In this document: positions 1-8,318 of the stretch, piece after piece
Layout of the letters: every line of letters starts with the position of its first letter
Numbering within the stretch: position 1 is the first letter of the stretch
Origin: Oscillospiraceae bacterium
Lineage (GTDB): Bacteria > Bacillota > Clostridia > Oscillospirales > Oscillospiraceae
Assembly: GCA_036647315.1 (NCBI GenBank)
Contig: JAVXKN010000001.1
Span: 1 to 42,366, forward strand
Reading direction: 5' to 3'
Length of the DNA: 42,366 nucleotides
The notes under the pieces: generated by a model
Database searches by the model: none
The model's input: only the letters and a program-made list of their open reading frames with translations
What the model was told of the DNA's origin: nothing
Program-made: the position numbers and the translations under genes

Positions 1-494
1 AGGAGAATTTTCACGTTGGGGATGTTGATACTCTTGTTGTTGGACAAAGTGCCGGCGGATGCCACCGAGCAGATGATGTCCTTGCCCTTAATCTCCATCA
101 CATGGAGTTCTACCAGGCCGTCGTCAATGAGCACCCGCGCGCCCACGTCCAGTTCCTTGTGAAGATTGACATAGGTGACAGAGACGCGATTCTGGTCGCC
201 TACCACGTCGCTGGTGGTGAGGGTGAAAATATCCCCAATTTTCACCTCAATAGAGCCAGTCTCAAAGGACTTGATGCGGATTTCAGGGCCCTTGGTGTCC
301 AAAATGGTGGCGATGGGTCGGCCCAACTCGTCACGGACGCGCTTGAGTTTTTCCAAGGTGGCAAGGTGGGATTCATGGGTGCCGTGGGAGAAGTTAAAGC
401 GGGCCGCGTTCATGCCGGCAAGAATCAGCTTGCGGAGCATTGCCTCGCTATCCACAGCGGGGCCAACCGTACAGACCAGTTTTGTTTTTCTCAT
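1..494 (-). CDS. pyk: Pyruvate kinase, N-terminal part (gene continues beyond position 1)
   Basis: Absent from the ORF track because it has no stop in the window. Reverse-strand translation from the ATG at 494-492 gives MRKTKLVCTVGPAVDSEAMLRKLILAGMNAARFNFSHGTHESHLATLEKLKRVRDELGRPIATILDTKGPEIRIKSF..., the canonical pyruvate kinase N-terminus. A GGAGG RBS lies at ~503-511 on the minus strand. The + ORF 102..497 is its antisense shadow. Confidence 0.9.
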   Translation of the reverse strand, partial: MRKTKLVCTVGPAVDSEAMLRKLILAGMNAARFNFSHGTHESHLATLEKLKRVRDELGRPIATILDTKGPEIRIKSFETGSIEVKIGDIFTLTTSDVVGDQNRVSVTYVNLHKELDVGARVLIDDGLVELHVMEIKGKDIICSVASAGTLSNNKSINIPNVKIL

Positions 495-546
495 TGACGT
501 ACCTCCTAGTGCATTTATAAAATCGTATCCGAAATTTAGCAAGTTT

Positions 547-575
547 ATCATACACCCACTAGGGGGGACTGTCAA
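547..575 (-). promoter_or_regulatory. Sigma-A type promoter for pyk (TTGACA-17 nt-TATGAT)
   Basis: On the minus strand TTGACA is the complement of 570-575 and TATGAT the complement of 547-552. The spacer is 17 nt. The promoter sits ~50 nt upstream of the pyk start. Confidence 0.55.
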
Positions 576-587
576 TTTTCTTTCCCA

Positions 588-613
588 CAAAAAAACGGGC
601 CATCTGGCCCGTT
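588..613 (-). terminator. Rho-independent terminator of the CBS/CorC gene
   Basis: Stem ACGGGCC/GGCCCGT (595-601 / 606-612) with a 4-nt loop. On the minus strand it is followed by a 7-nt T run (complement of 589-595), immediately after the stop at 617-619. Confidence 0.8.
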
Positions 614-616
614 TTT

Positions 617-1567
617 TTAGGTTTCTTGCGGTTTCGGCTCCAACTTGGAGACCAAAGCCCATTCAATTCGCCGGTCAATGAGACTTTCCACCTTGATGTG
701 GAGCCCGCAGGCGTCCACTTCAACGTGGCTGTCCTCTGCGGGAATGACGGAGAGCTGCGCCAGCACCAGACCCCCCAGAGTGTCGTATTCCTCGGCCTCG
801 TCCAGGTCGATTTCCAAAGCTTCTGCCAAATCTTCCAGCTCGGTGCCACCGGCCACCCGCCAGAGATTTTCCTCCAAGGGGATAATCTCCGCCTCGTCGG
901 CGTGGTCGAATTCGTCGTAAATATCGCCCACGATTTCCTCTAACAAATCCTCCATGGTGACAAGGCCGGAAGTGCCGCCGTATTCATCCACGATGATGGC
1001 GATGTGTATTTTTTTCGTCTGCATATCCCGGAGCAGTAGGTCAGTGCGCACCGATTCCGGGACAAAATAGGCAGGGCGCAAAATGTCGCAAAGGGGCTTG
1101 GGATGCTCGTGCCGCTCATTTAAGAGGTAGTCACGGGTGGAGAGGGTGCCGATGATGTCGTCCGCGTCCTCGTCGTAGACAGGGAATCGGGACAGGCCGG
1201 ACTCCTCAATGGTGCCGATAATCTCCTCTGTGGTGGCGGCGGCACGAATGAGCACCATGTCGGTGCGGTGAACCATAATGTCCTCCGCCGTGGTGTTGTT
1301 AAACTCGAAAATGTTCTCAATCATTTCCTTTTCGCCGGACTCGATAGCACCCTTCTCCTCGCCAATGTCCACCATGGCGCGGATTTCGTCCTCGGAGACA
1401 GCGGATTTGTTTCGGCGATGGATGAGAAAGTACCAGGCAAGCCCCCCGGCGATGGCTAAAATGTCAACAGCTAAAAGTATGAAAAACGCAATTAAAAATG
1501 GGTCCACGGAAGTGGTTCCCTCCTTATTTATAGGGTGCAACGCACCGATATAAATTGATAATAGCAT
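617..1567 (-). CDS. CBS-pair / CorC_HlyC domain protein (hemolysin/CorC family) with a single N-terminal TM segment
   Basis: 316-aa ORF. One hydrophobic helix (DPFLIAFFILLAVDILAIAGGLAWYFLI) is followed by a tandem CBS region and the family signature IHIAIIVDEYGGTSGLVTMEDLLEEIVGDI, then a CorC_HlyC-like C-terminus. Confidence 0.8.
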   Translation of the reverse strand: MLLSIYIGALHPINKEGTTSVDPFLIAFFILLAVDILAIAGGLAWYFLIHRRNKSAVSEDEIRAMVDIGEEKGAIESGEKEMIENIFEFNNTTAEDIMVHRTDMVLIRAAATTEEIIGTIEESGLSRFPVYDEDADDIIGTLSTRDYLLNERHEHPKPLCDILRPAYFVPESVRTDLLLRDMQTKKIHIAIIVDEYGGTSGLVTMEDLLEEIVGDIYDEFDHADEAEIIPLEENLWRVAGGTELEDLAEALEIDLDEAEEYDTLGGLVLAQLSVIPAEDSHVEVDACGLHIKVESLIDRRIEWALVSKLEPKPQET

Positions 1568-1605
1568 ATATTTGGAAAAAAATCAAAACCAAAATGAAAA
1601 AGTTG

Positions 1606-1614
1606 TGTTATAAT
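1606..1614 (+). promoter_or_regulatory. Extended -10 promoter element (TGtTATAAT) for the ClC-sda operon
   Basis: TG at 1606-1607 and TATAAT at 1609-1614. The -35 is poor. It lies in the 64-nt divergent gap between the CorC-like and ClC genes. Confidence 0.4.
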
Positions 1615-1646
1615 GTGTAAAACGACACAAAATGGGGGTCGAGACC

Positions 1647-2894
1647 ATGAAGGAAACCCTGAACTGGCAGCTGTCAAAGGCCATTACCTTTCTCAAATGG
1701 GCGGTGTTTTCCGTCCTCATCGGTTTTGTGGTGGGCCTTACGGGCGTGGCCTTTCACTACGCTATTTTCTACGCGGGGGGCACGCTGAAAACCTATCCGG
1801 CTCTCCTGTACCTGCTGCCGGTGGCGGGGCTTCTCATTGTATTCTTGTACCGGGTCTGCGGAGTACCCCAAGACCGGGGCACCAATCTGGTGCTGGACGC
1901 GGTGCGGGATAACAAAGCTCTCCCCCTGCGGACGGCACCGCTGATTTTTATTTCCTCCGCGCTGACCCACCTCTTCGGCGGCTCCGCCGGCCGTGAGGGC
2001 GCGGCCCTCCAGCTGGGCGGCTCCATCTCCGCCGCCATCGGACACTGGATGCATCTGGACGAAAAGGACAGCCGCATCATCACCATGTGCGGCATGGCAG
2101 CGGCGTTCTCCGCGCTGTTTGGCACCCCCCTCGCCGCCGCCATCTTCGCCATGGAGGTGGTGAGCGTAGGGGTGATGTACTATGCCGCCATCGTCCCCTG
2201 TATGGCGTCCGCGCTGCTGGCCCATCAGGTGGCAATCTGGTGCAAGGTGCCTCAGGAGGGCTATGTGCTCCGTGGCGCGCCGGAATTCGGCCTGCTCCCC
2301 ATGGTGCAGGTGGCGATTTTGGGTGTCCTCTGCGCCCTGCTGGCCATTGTGTTTTGCAAGCTGCTCCACGAGGTACCCAAGCTGGGGGGACGCTATCTGA
2401 AAAATCCCTACCTCCGTGTGGCGGTGGGCGGCATCGTGGTGGTGCTCCTCACGCTGCTGGTAGGTACCCGCGACTACAATGGTGCCGGTTCGGCAATTAT
2501 AGTACAGGCGGTGGCAGGCCAGGCGGTACCCTACGCCTTCCTCTTAAAGATGCTCTTTACGGCGGTGACATTGGGTGTAGGCTATAAGGGGGGCGAAATT
2601 GTACCGGTTCTGTTTGTGGGTTCCACCTTCGGCTGCACGGCAGCACCGCTTTTGGGTCTTTCCCCCTCTTTTGGGGCGGGGCTGGGCATGATGGCCCTCT
2701 TCTGCGGCATGACAAACTGCCCCATGACCACCATTCTCTTGGCCTTCGAGCTGTTTGGCGGGGAAAGCCTGCCGCTGATGGGCCTGTGCATTGCGGTTTC
2801 TTATATGCTCTCTGGGTACACAGGGCTTTATAGTGCCCAAAAGATTCTCTATTCCAAATTCAAGCCGGAATTTATTAATAAAAATGCAGATTGA
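1647..2894 (+). CDS. Voltage-gated chloride channel (ClC/EriC) family protein
   Basis: Polytopic membrane protein with a GSAGREGAALQLGG (GREG-type) motif and a GEIVPVLFVG (GxxxP) motif typical of ClC proteins. The ATG at 1647 has a GGGGG RBS 8 nt upstream. The ATG at 1632 (track start) is only ~10 nt from the predicted transcription start. Confidence 0.8.
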   Translation: MKETLNWQLSKAITFLKWAVFSVLIGFVVGLTGVAFHYAIFYAGGTLKTYPALLYLLPVAGLLIVFLYRVCGVPQDRGTNLVLDAVRDNKALPLRTAPLIFISSALTHLFGGSAGREGAALQLGGSISAAIGHWMHLDEKDSRIITMCGMAAAFSALFGTPLAAAIFAMEVVSVGVMYYAAIVPCMASALLAHQVAIWCKVPQEGYVLRGAPEFGLLPMVQVAILGVLCALLAIVFCKLLHEVPKLGGRYLKNPYLRVAVGGIVVVLLTLLVGTRDYNGAGSAIIVQAVAGQAVPYAFLLKMLFTAVTLGVGYKGGEIVPVLFVGSTFGCTAAPLLGLSPSFGAGLGMMALFCGMTNCPMTTILLAFELFGGESLPLMGLCIAVSYMLSGYTGLYSAQKILYSKFKPEFINKNAD

Positions 2895-2902
2895 GGTGCA
2901 AT

Positions 2903-3565
2903 ATGACATTGTTTGATATTATGGGCCCCATTATGGTGGGCCCCTCCTCCTCTCACACCGCCGGTGCGGTGCGCATTGGGCAGATTACCCGCAAAATTTT
3001 AGGCGCGCAGCCGGAAAAAGCACAAATTCTCCTCCACGGCTCCTTTGCGGACACCGGTTCGGGCCACGGCACCGACAAGGCACTGGTGGCGGGACTGCTG
3101 GGCCTTTCGATGGACAACCCCGCCATACTGGATGCCTTTGGTCTGGCAGACCAGGCGGGAATGGCCGTGACAGTGGGAACAGTGGTGCTCCGTGGTGCCC
3201 ACCCCAATACCGTTTTACTCACCGTTTCGGCGGGGGAGCGGACGGTGGAGGTGAACGCCTCCTCCTTAGGGGGCGGGCGGGTTCGCATCAACGCCATCGA
3301 CGGGCTGGAAGCCGCCTTTACCGGCGACTGTCCCACCCTGATTATCCGCAACGAGGATAGGCCCGGTCAGGTGGCAGAGGCGGCGGGGCTCCTGTCCGAA
3401 CATGGTGTGAACATTGCCACCATGCAGATTTACCGTGACCGGCGCGGCGGGCTTGCCATTATGGTGATTGAGAGTGATCAGCCCATTTCGGAGGACGTCA
3501 TCACACGGCTTCGGGCTACCGAGGGAATCGTGTGGGTAGTCTATCTTAATATGGAGGAGGGTTAA
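2903..3565 (+). CDS. sdaAB: L-serine dehydratase, iron-sulfur dependent, beta subunit
   Basis: MTLFDIMGPIMVGPSSSHTAGAVRIG N-terminus plus a C-terminal ACT-like domain (TLIIRNEDRPGQVAEAAGLLSEHGVNIATMQ). The ATG at 2903 lies 8 nt after the ClC stop. Confidence 0.9.
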   Translation: MTLFDIMGPIMVGPSSSHTAGAVRIGQITRKILGAQPEKAQILLHGSFADTGSGHGTDKALVAGLLGLSMDNPAILDAFGLADQAGMAVTVGTVVLRGAHPNTVLLTVSAGERTVEVNASSLGGGRVRINAIDGLEAAFTGDCPTLIIRNEDRPGQVAEAAGLLSEHGVNIATMQIYRDRRGGLAIMVIESDQPISEDVITRLRATEGIVWVVYLNMEEG

Positions 3566-3566
3566 T

Positions 3567-4421
3567 ATGGCGTTTCATTCTGTACAGGGACTGCTGGAAG
3601 GGGCAAAAGACAAACCCCTGTGGCAGATTATTTTAGAGGACGACTGCTGTGACCGTGGCGCGAAGGAGGAGGACTCTATGGCGCACATGACGGCACTCTG
3701 GACTGCCATGGGGGAGACCGACAGAAGCTACGACCCCGCAAAGCGCGCTACCGGCGGCATGGTAGGTGGCGGCGCACACAGAATGGCGGAGCTTCAAAGG
3801 CCCCTCTGTGGCGATTTTATGAGGGAGGTAATGGCTGCCGCTCTTCGCACCGGTGAGTGTAACGCCTGCATGGGGAGAATTGTAGCGGCACCGACTGCGG
3901 GTGCCAGCGGCGTTCTTCCGGCGGTGCTGTTGTCGCTTCAACGGAAAGAAGGCTTTTCCGACCAAGAGATGGTTCACGCCCTCTTTGTGGCGGCGGCTTT
4001 TGGACAGGTTATCGCCTTTCGGGCCTCCATTTCCGGTGCCGAAGGGGGCTGTCAGGCGGAAGTTGGCTCCGCCTCCGGCATGGCTGCTGCCGCACTGGTT
4101 TTCCTGCGGGGCGGCACCGGGGAGCAGATGGCTGCCGCCTGCGCCACGGCACTGCAAAATCTGATGGGTCTGGTCTGTGACCCTGTGGCGGGCCTCGTGG
4201 AGGTGCCCTGTGTGGGGCGCAACGTGATTGGCGCGTTAAACGCCCTCTCCGCCGCCGATTTGGCGTTATGTGATGCCGCCAGCCCCATCCCCTGCGACGA
4301 GGTCATTGACGCCATGCGTGCGGTGGGGGAGGCACTGCCCACCTCACTGCGTGAAACGGGGAAGGGCGGCGTTGCCGCCACACCCACTGGCAAGCGGATT
4401 ACCGAGGAGTTTTTCCGATAA
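3567..4421 (+). CDS. sdaAA: L-serine dehydratase, iron-sulfur dependent, alpha subunit
   Basis: Starts 1 nt after sdaAB. Carries the motifs AAPTAGASGVLPAVL, GGCQAEVGSAS and CDPVAGLVEVPC, characteristic of the alpha chain. Confidence 0.9.
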   Translation: MAFHSVQGLLEGAKDKPLWQIILEDDCCDRGAKEEDSMAHMTALWTAMGETDRSYDPAKRATGGMVGGGAHRMAELQRPLCGDFMREVMAAALRTGECNACMGRIVAAPTAGASGVLPAVLLSLQRKEGFSDQEMVHALFVAAAFGQVIAFRASISGAEGGCQAEVGSASGMAAAALVFLRGGTGEQMAAACATALQNLMGLVCDPVAGLVEVPCVGRNVIGALNALSAADLALCDAASPIPCDEVIDAMRAVGEALPTSLRETGKGGVAATPTGKRITEEFFR

Positions 4422-4466
4422 GGGGAAAATGTTTACAAAATGTCCCCACATTCCATGGGCGATTTA

Positions 4467-4475
4467 TGGTACAAT
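4467..4475 (+). promoter_or_regulatory. Extended -10 promoter element (TGgTACAAT) upstream of the MBL hydrolase gene
   Basis: TG at 4467-4468 and TACAAT at 4470-4475. An AAGGAGG RBS lies at 4489-4495 and the GTG start at 4503. Confidence 0.4.
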
Positions 4476-4502
4476 GTTCCTATCAACTAAGGAGGTGCTT
4501 CT

Positions 4503-6098
4503 GTGAGACTGACATTTTTTGGCGCGGCCAGAGCGGTGACAGGGAGCTGTCATTGCGTGGAGTGTAACGGCAAGAAAATCCTCATTGACTGCGGCTTGCA
4601 GCAGGGGAGAGACGAGCGGGATAACAGCCAGTTGCCCTTTCATCCCGGCTTAATCGACGCGGTGGTAGTGACCCACGCCCACATCGACCACTCCGGGCGA
4701 CTGCCCATGCTGGTGAAAATGGGCTTTGACGGCCCCATTTATTGCACACGTCTCACCGGCAAACTCTTAGGCATTATGCTCAAGGACTCCGCCCACATTC
4801 AGGAGAGCGATGCCCAGTGGCAAAACCAAAAGGGTGCCCGTGCGGGCCGGCCCATGGTGGAGCCTATCTACACCATGGCAGATGCAGAGGCGACGCTGGA
4901 ACTGATTAAAACCTGCGAATACGGCGAGGATGTGCAGCTAGACCCCAACATCCGCCTGAACTTTGTGGATGCGGGGCACCTCTTAGGCTCCGCCTGCGCC
5001 CAATTTTGGCTGACAGAAAACGGCGAGACGAAAAAAATCGTCTTCTCCGGCGACTTAGGAAACGTTGACCAGCCCATCATTCGGAACCCCCAGTTTATCA
5101 AAGAGGCGGACTACGTTGTCACCGAGAGCACCTACGGCGACCGTAACCACGAGGTGCCTGACGACTATACCGCCGCCCTTGCCCAAATTATCGACGAGAC
5201 CTTCCAAAAGAAGGGCAACGTGGTGATTCCCTCCTTCGCCGTGGGCCGCACCCAGGAACTTTTATACTTCATGCGTGAGATGAAGGAGCAGCACATGGTG
5301 AAGTCCGCGCCCCACTTTACCGTGTGCGTGGATAGCCCCTTAGCCGGCGAAGCCACCAAAATTTTCGCGGGGGATTTGCACGGCTATCTGGACGAGGATG
5401 CCATTACGGTGCTTCAGGGGGGACAGGCACTCTTTACCCTGCCTGACCTGAAGCTGGTGGCCTCCAGCGACGAGTCTAAAATGCTCAACGCCGACCGGGA
5501 ATCCAAGGTGATTATCTCCGCCTCCGGCATGTGCGACGCGGGCCGTATCCGCCACCACCTAAAGCACAACCTCTGGCGGCCTGAGTGCACTATCGTATTC
5601 GTGGGTTTCCAAGGCGAGGGAACGCTAGGCCGCCGTCTGCTGGACGGCGCGGAGACGGTAAAGCTTTTCGGCGAAGAAATCGCCGTCCGGGCGAAAATCG
5701 TCAACTTCAAGGGTCTTTCTTCCCACGCCGACCGTGACCATCTGCTGGATTGGGCCGACCACTTCGACCCCAAGCCCCAGGAGATGTTCGTGGTTCACGG
5801 CGAAAACGAGGTGACGGAGACTTACGCCCAGTCCCTCCGCGAGCGGGGCTTTAGTGCCCACGCGCCGCTCTTTGAGGAGGTCTACGACCTGCTGGACGGT
5901 ACCGTCTTGTCCCCCGGCGTGGTGCTGGCCCAGAAACCCTCCCGCAGTGCCCCTGCCGCCAGCCCCACCTACCACCGTTTGGAGGACGTGGGCCGCAAGC
6001 TGCAGGACGTTATCCGCAAAAACAAGGGTACCGCCAACAAGGATTTGGCAAAGCTTGCCGACCAGCTTGCCGCGCTGCTGGATAAGTGGGATAAGTAA
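4503..6098 (+). CDS. MBL-fold beta-CASP family hydrolase (putative RNA-metabolising nuclease)
   Basis: HAHIDHSG metallo-beta-lactamase motif. The C-terminal half is beta-CASP/RMMBL-like (GLSSHADRDHLLDW, VVHGE). 531 aa with a GTG start and a strong RBS. Confidence 0.75.
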   Translation: MRLTFFGAARAVTGSCHCVECNGKKILIDCGLQQGRDERDNSQLPFHPGLIDAVVVTHAHIDHSGRLPMLVKMGFDGPIYCTRLTGKLLGIMLKDSAHIQESDAQWQNQKGARAGRPMVEPIYTMADAEATLELIKTCEYGEDVQLDPNIRLNFVDAGHLLGSACAQFWLTENGETKKIVFSGDLGNVDQPIIRNPQFIKEADYVVTESTYGDRNHEVPDDYTAALAQIIDETFQKKGNVVIPSFAVGRTQELLYFMREMKEQHMVKSAPHFTVCVDSPLAGEATKIFAGDLHGYLDEDAITVLQGGQALFTLPDLKLVASSDESKMLNADRESKVIISASGMCDAGRIRHHLKHNLWRPECTIVFVGFQGEGTLGRRLLDGAETVKLFGEEIAVRAKIVNFKGLSSHADRDHLLDWADHFDPKPQEMFVVHGENEVTETYAQSLRERGFSAHAPLFEEVYDLLDGTVLSPGVVLAQKPSRSAPAASPTYHRLEDVGRKLQDVIRKNKGTANKDLAKLADQLAALLDKWDK

Positions 6099-6108
6099 CA
6101 AAGATATC

Positions 6109-6150
6109 AAAAAATCGGGCACCACAGGAAAACCTGTGGTGCCCATTTTT
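6109..6150. terminator. Bidirectional rho-independent terminator between convergent genes
   Basis: 12-bp stem GGGCACCACAGG/CCTGTGGTGCCC (6117-6128 / 6133-6144) with an AAAA loop. It is flanked by an A run upstream and a T run downstream. Confidence 0.85.
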
Positions 6151-6168
6151 GAACGCATTTTTGTGATA

Positions 6169-7611
6169 TCAGTGCTGTTTCAAAAGCGTCTGCTTAATAT
6201 CCCACAGTTTGGGTGACAGGTCCACATAGTAGTTATGGGGGTGTTCAAAACGTTTCACTTCGTCCCAGAGTAAATCTACCTGACCTGCGCAGTGGGTGCG
6301 CATTTCGGTGATGGTGGGGGAGTGGTAAACCAGCTTGCCGTTCTTGAAGATGGGGAGCAGCAGCTCTTTGGCGGTGTAGTCCGTCATGGTCTGACGTTTC
6401 CAAGTGGCCTCCGGGTCAAATAAGTCCAGCGGTTGTCCGCTGACCACCTCCTCGTCGTGGAGGGCGATATAGTCGGCAAAGGCCTTGCCGGTGCCCTTTT
6501 CAAAGAGACGGTAGACCCTTTTGAAGTGGGGGTTGGTGATTTTATCCGGGTTCTCGCTGATTTTGATTTTTGGGATAATGTGACCGTTTTTGTCCTCAAT
6601 GGCGGCCAGCTTGTACACCCCGCCGAACACCGGCTCACTGCGGGCGGTAATCATCCGCTCGCCCACGCCGAAGGAGTCGATTTTTGCCCCCTGAGAGAGC
6701 AAATCACGGATAATATACTCGTCCAGTGAGTTGGAGGCCACGATTTTGCACTCTGTCAGCCCCGCCGCGTCCAGCATTTCCCGCGCCTTGCAGGAGAGAT
6801 AGGTCAAGTCGCCGGAGTCCAGACGGATGCCGCAATTTGTAATCCCCTGAGGGAGGAGCACCTCTTTGAAAACACGAATGGCGTTGGGAACGCCGGATTT
6901 GAGGACATTATAGGTGTCCACCAAAAGGGTGGCGGCGTGGGGGTACAGGCGGCAGTAGGTGGCGAAGGCGTCGTACTCCGTGGGGAACATCTGCACCCAG
7001 GAGTGGGCCATGGTGCCGCCGGCGGGTGCGCCGTAAATTTCGTCCGCCAATGTGCAGGCGGTGCCGGCACAGCCGGCGATATAGGAGGCCCGGGCACCCA
7101 GAATAGCGGCCCCCGGCCCTTGGGCACGGCGGGAACCAAATTCGGAAACCGGCCTGCCGTTGGCGGCGCGGACAATGCGGTTGGTTTTGGTGGCGATGAG
7201 GGACTGGTGGTTTAAGGTGAGGAGAATAAAAGTCTCCACAAACTGGGCCTCAATGGCGGGGGCACGGACGGTTAAAATGGGCTCCCGGGGGAAAATCGGT
7301 GTTCCCTCCGGCACTGCCCACATATCGCCGGTGAAGCGGAAGGTGCGGAGATAGGTGAGGAAATCCTCGCTGAAAATGCCCTTGCTACGGAGAAAGGCAA
7401 TGTCCTCGTCGTCAAACTTCAGGTGCTCAATATAGTCAATGACCTGCTCCAGTCCCGCCGCGATGGCAAAGCCGCCCTCGTCGGGCACTGTGCGGAAAAA
7501 CACATCAAAATAACAGACCCGGTCTGCAATATCGGTCTGGAAGTAGCCGTTACCCATGGTGAGCTCGTAGAAGTCGCAGAGGAGGGTGTAGTTCATTTTT
7601 GGTTTAGACAT
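6169..7611 (-). CDS. pncB: Nicotinate phosphoribosyltransferase
   Basis: 480 aa with the N-terminus YTLLCDFYELTMGNGYF, SEFGSRRAQG and GTMAHSWVQ motifs typical of NAPRTase. Confidence 0.85.
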   Translation of the reverse strand: MSKPKMNYTLLCDFYELTMGNGYFQTDIADRVCYFDVFFRTVPDEGGFAIAAGLEQVIDYIEHLKFDDEDIAFLRSKGIFSEDFLTYLRTFRFTGDMWAVPEGTPIFPREPILTVRAPAIEAQFVETFILLTLNHQSLIATKTNRIVRAANGRPVSEFGSRRAQGPGAAILGARASYIAGCAGTACTLADEIYGAPAGGTMAHSWVQMFPTEYDAFATYCRLYPHAATLLVDTYNVLKSGVPNAIRVFKEVLLPQGITNCGIRLDSGDLTYLSCKAREMLDAAGLTECKIVASNSLDEYIIRDLLSQGAKIDSFGVGERMITARSEPVFGGVYKLAAIEDKNGHIIPKIKISENPDKITNPHFKRVYRLFEKGTGKAFADYIALHDEEVVSGQPLDLFDPEATWKRQTMTDYTAKELLLPIFKNGKLVYHSPTITEMRTHCAGQVDLLWDEVKRFEHPHNYYVDLSPKLWDIKQTLLKQH

Positions 7612-7626
7612 GGTGGGTACTTCCTT

Positions 7627-8133
7627 TCAGAAAAGCACTTTTTCATAGCAGGGGTAGGGGAGGGGCTGCCTGCCGAAGTGGACGTCGCCCACATGGTGAA
7701 AGCCCAGCTTTGTAACCAGTGCCTGCATCCGGTCATTTTTTGCAAAGGTGTTCATCCGCAGGGAGCGCAGCCCCTTTTGACGTGCCAGCTCTTCGGCGTA
7801 GGCAAAAAACGCCTGCCCGCCGCCCTGACGCTGATAGGTGGGGTCAAATGCCATCTTGTGGAGCACCATAGCGGGTGGCGGGACGGACCAGGTGACGGTT
7901 TTGTGTTCCTCCTCCTCCACGCTGTTGAGGACGGCACAGCCTAAAATCGTGCCATCGTCCAGGGTCTGAACGTAGAGGTCGCCGTCCTCGATGGCCTCCC
8001 CGAAGATTTCACGGGTGGGGTAGCCGTCGCTCCACTGGGGGTTGCCACGGCGGTGCATATCCTCCATGGCCCGGGAAACCGCCAGCCAGACGGCGTCTAA
8101 ATCATCGCTTCGTGCAAGTCGTATGGTCGGCAT
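7627..8133 (-). CDS. GNAT family N-acetyltransferase
   Basis: 168 aa with an acetyl-CoA binding-type motif (YQRQGGGQAFFAYAEELARQKG). It sits 15 nt upstream of pncB on the same strand. Confidence 0.7.
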   Translation of the reverse strand: MPTIRLARSDDLDAVWLAVSRAMEDMHRRGNPQWSDGYPTREIFGEAIEDGDLYVQTLDDGTILGCAVLNSVEEEEHKTVTWSVPPPAMVLHKMAFDPTYQRQGGGQAFFAYAEELARQKGLRSLRMNTFAKNDRMQALVTKLGFHHVGDVHFGRQPLPYPCYEKVLF

Positions 8134-8318
8134 AGCTGTAAACTCCTTCAGGCGGATGGGGTAGCTTAAAAATCGGGAAATGCGTCAAAACGCCCTGTGC
8201 TTTTGCGTTGCACCCATTTTACGACATCGGGCAGGTGATGTCAAATTATTTGCCCAATTCCTCACCCATTTTGCCCCCAAACCATAGAATGGTGAAGTCC
8301 GATAGGGGGGATTTTTTT

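Noticed and set aside
102-497. 131-aa plus-strand ORF at the left edge
   Set aside because: It is antisense to the pyruvate kinase N-terminus, whose minus-strand translation is unmistakable.
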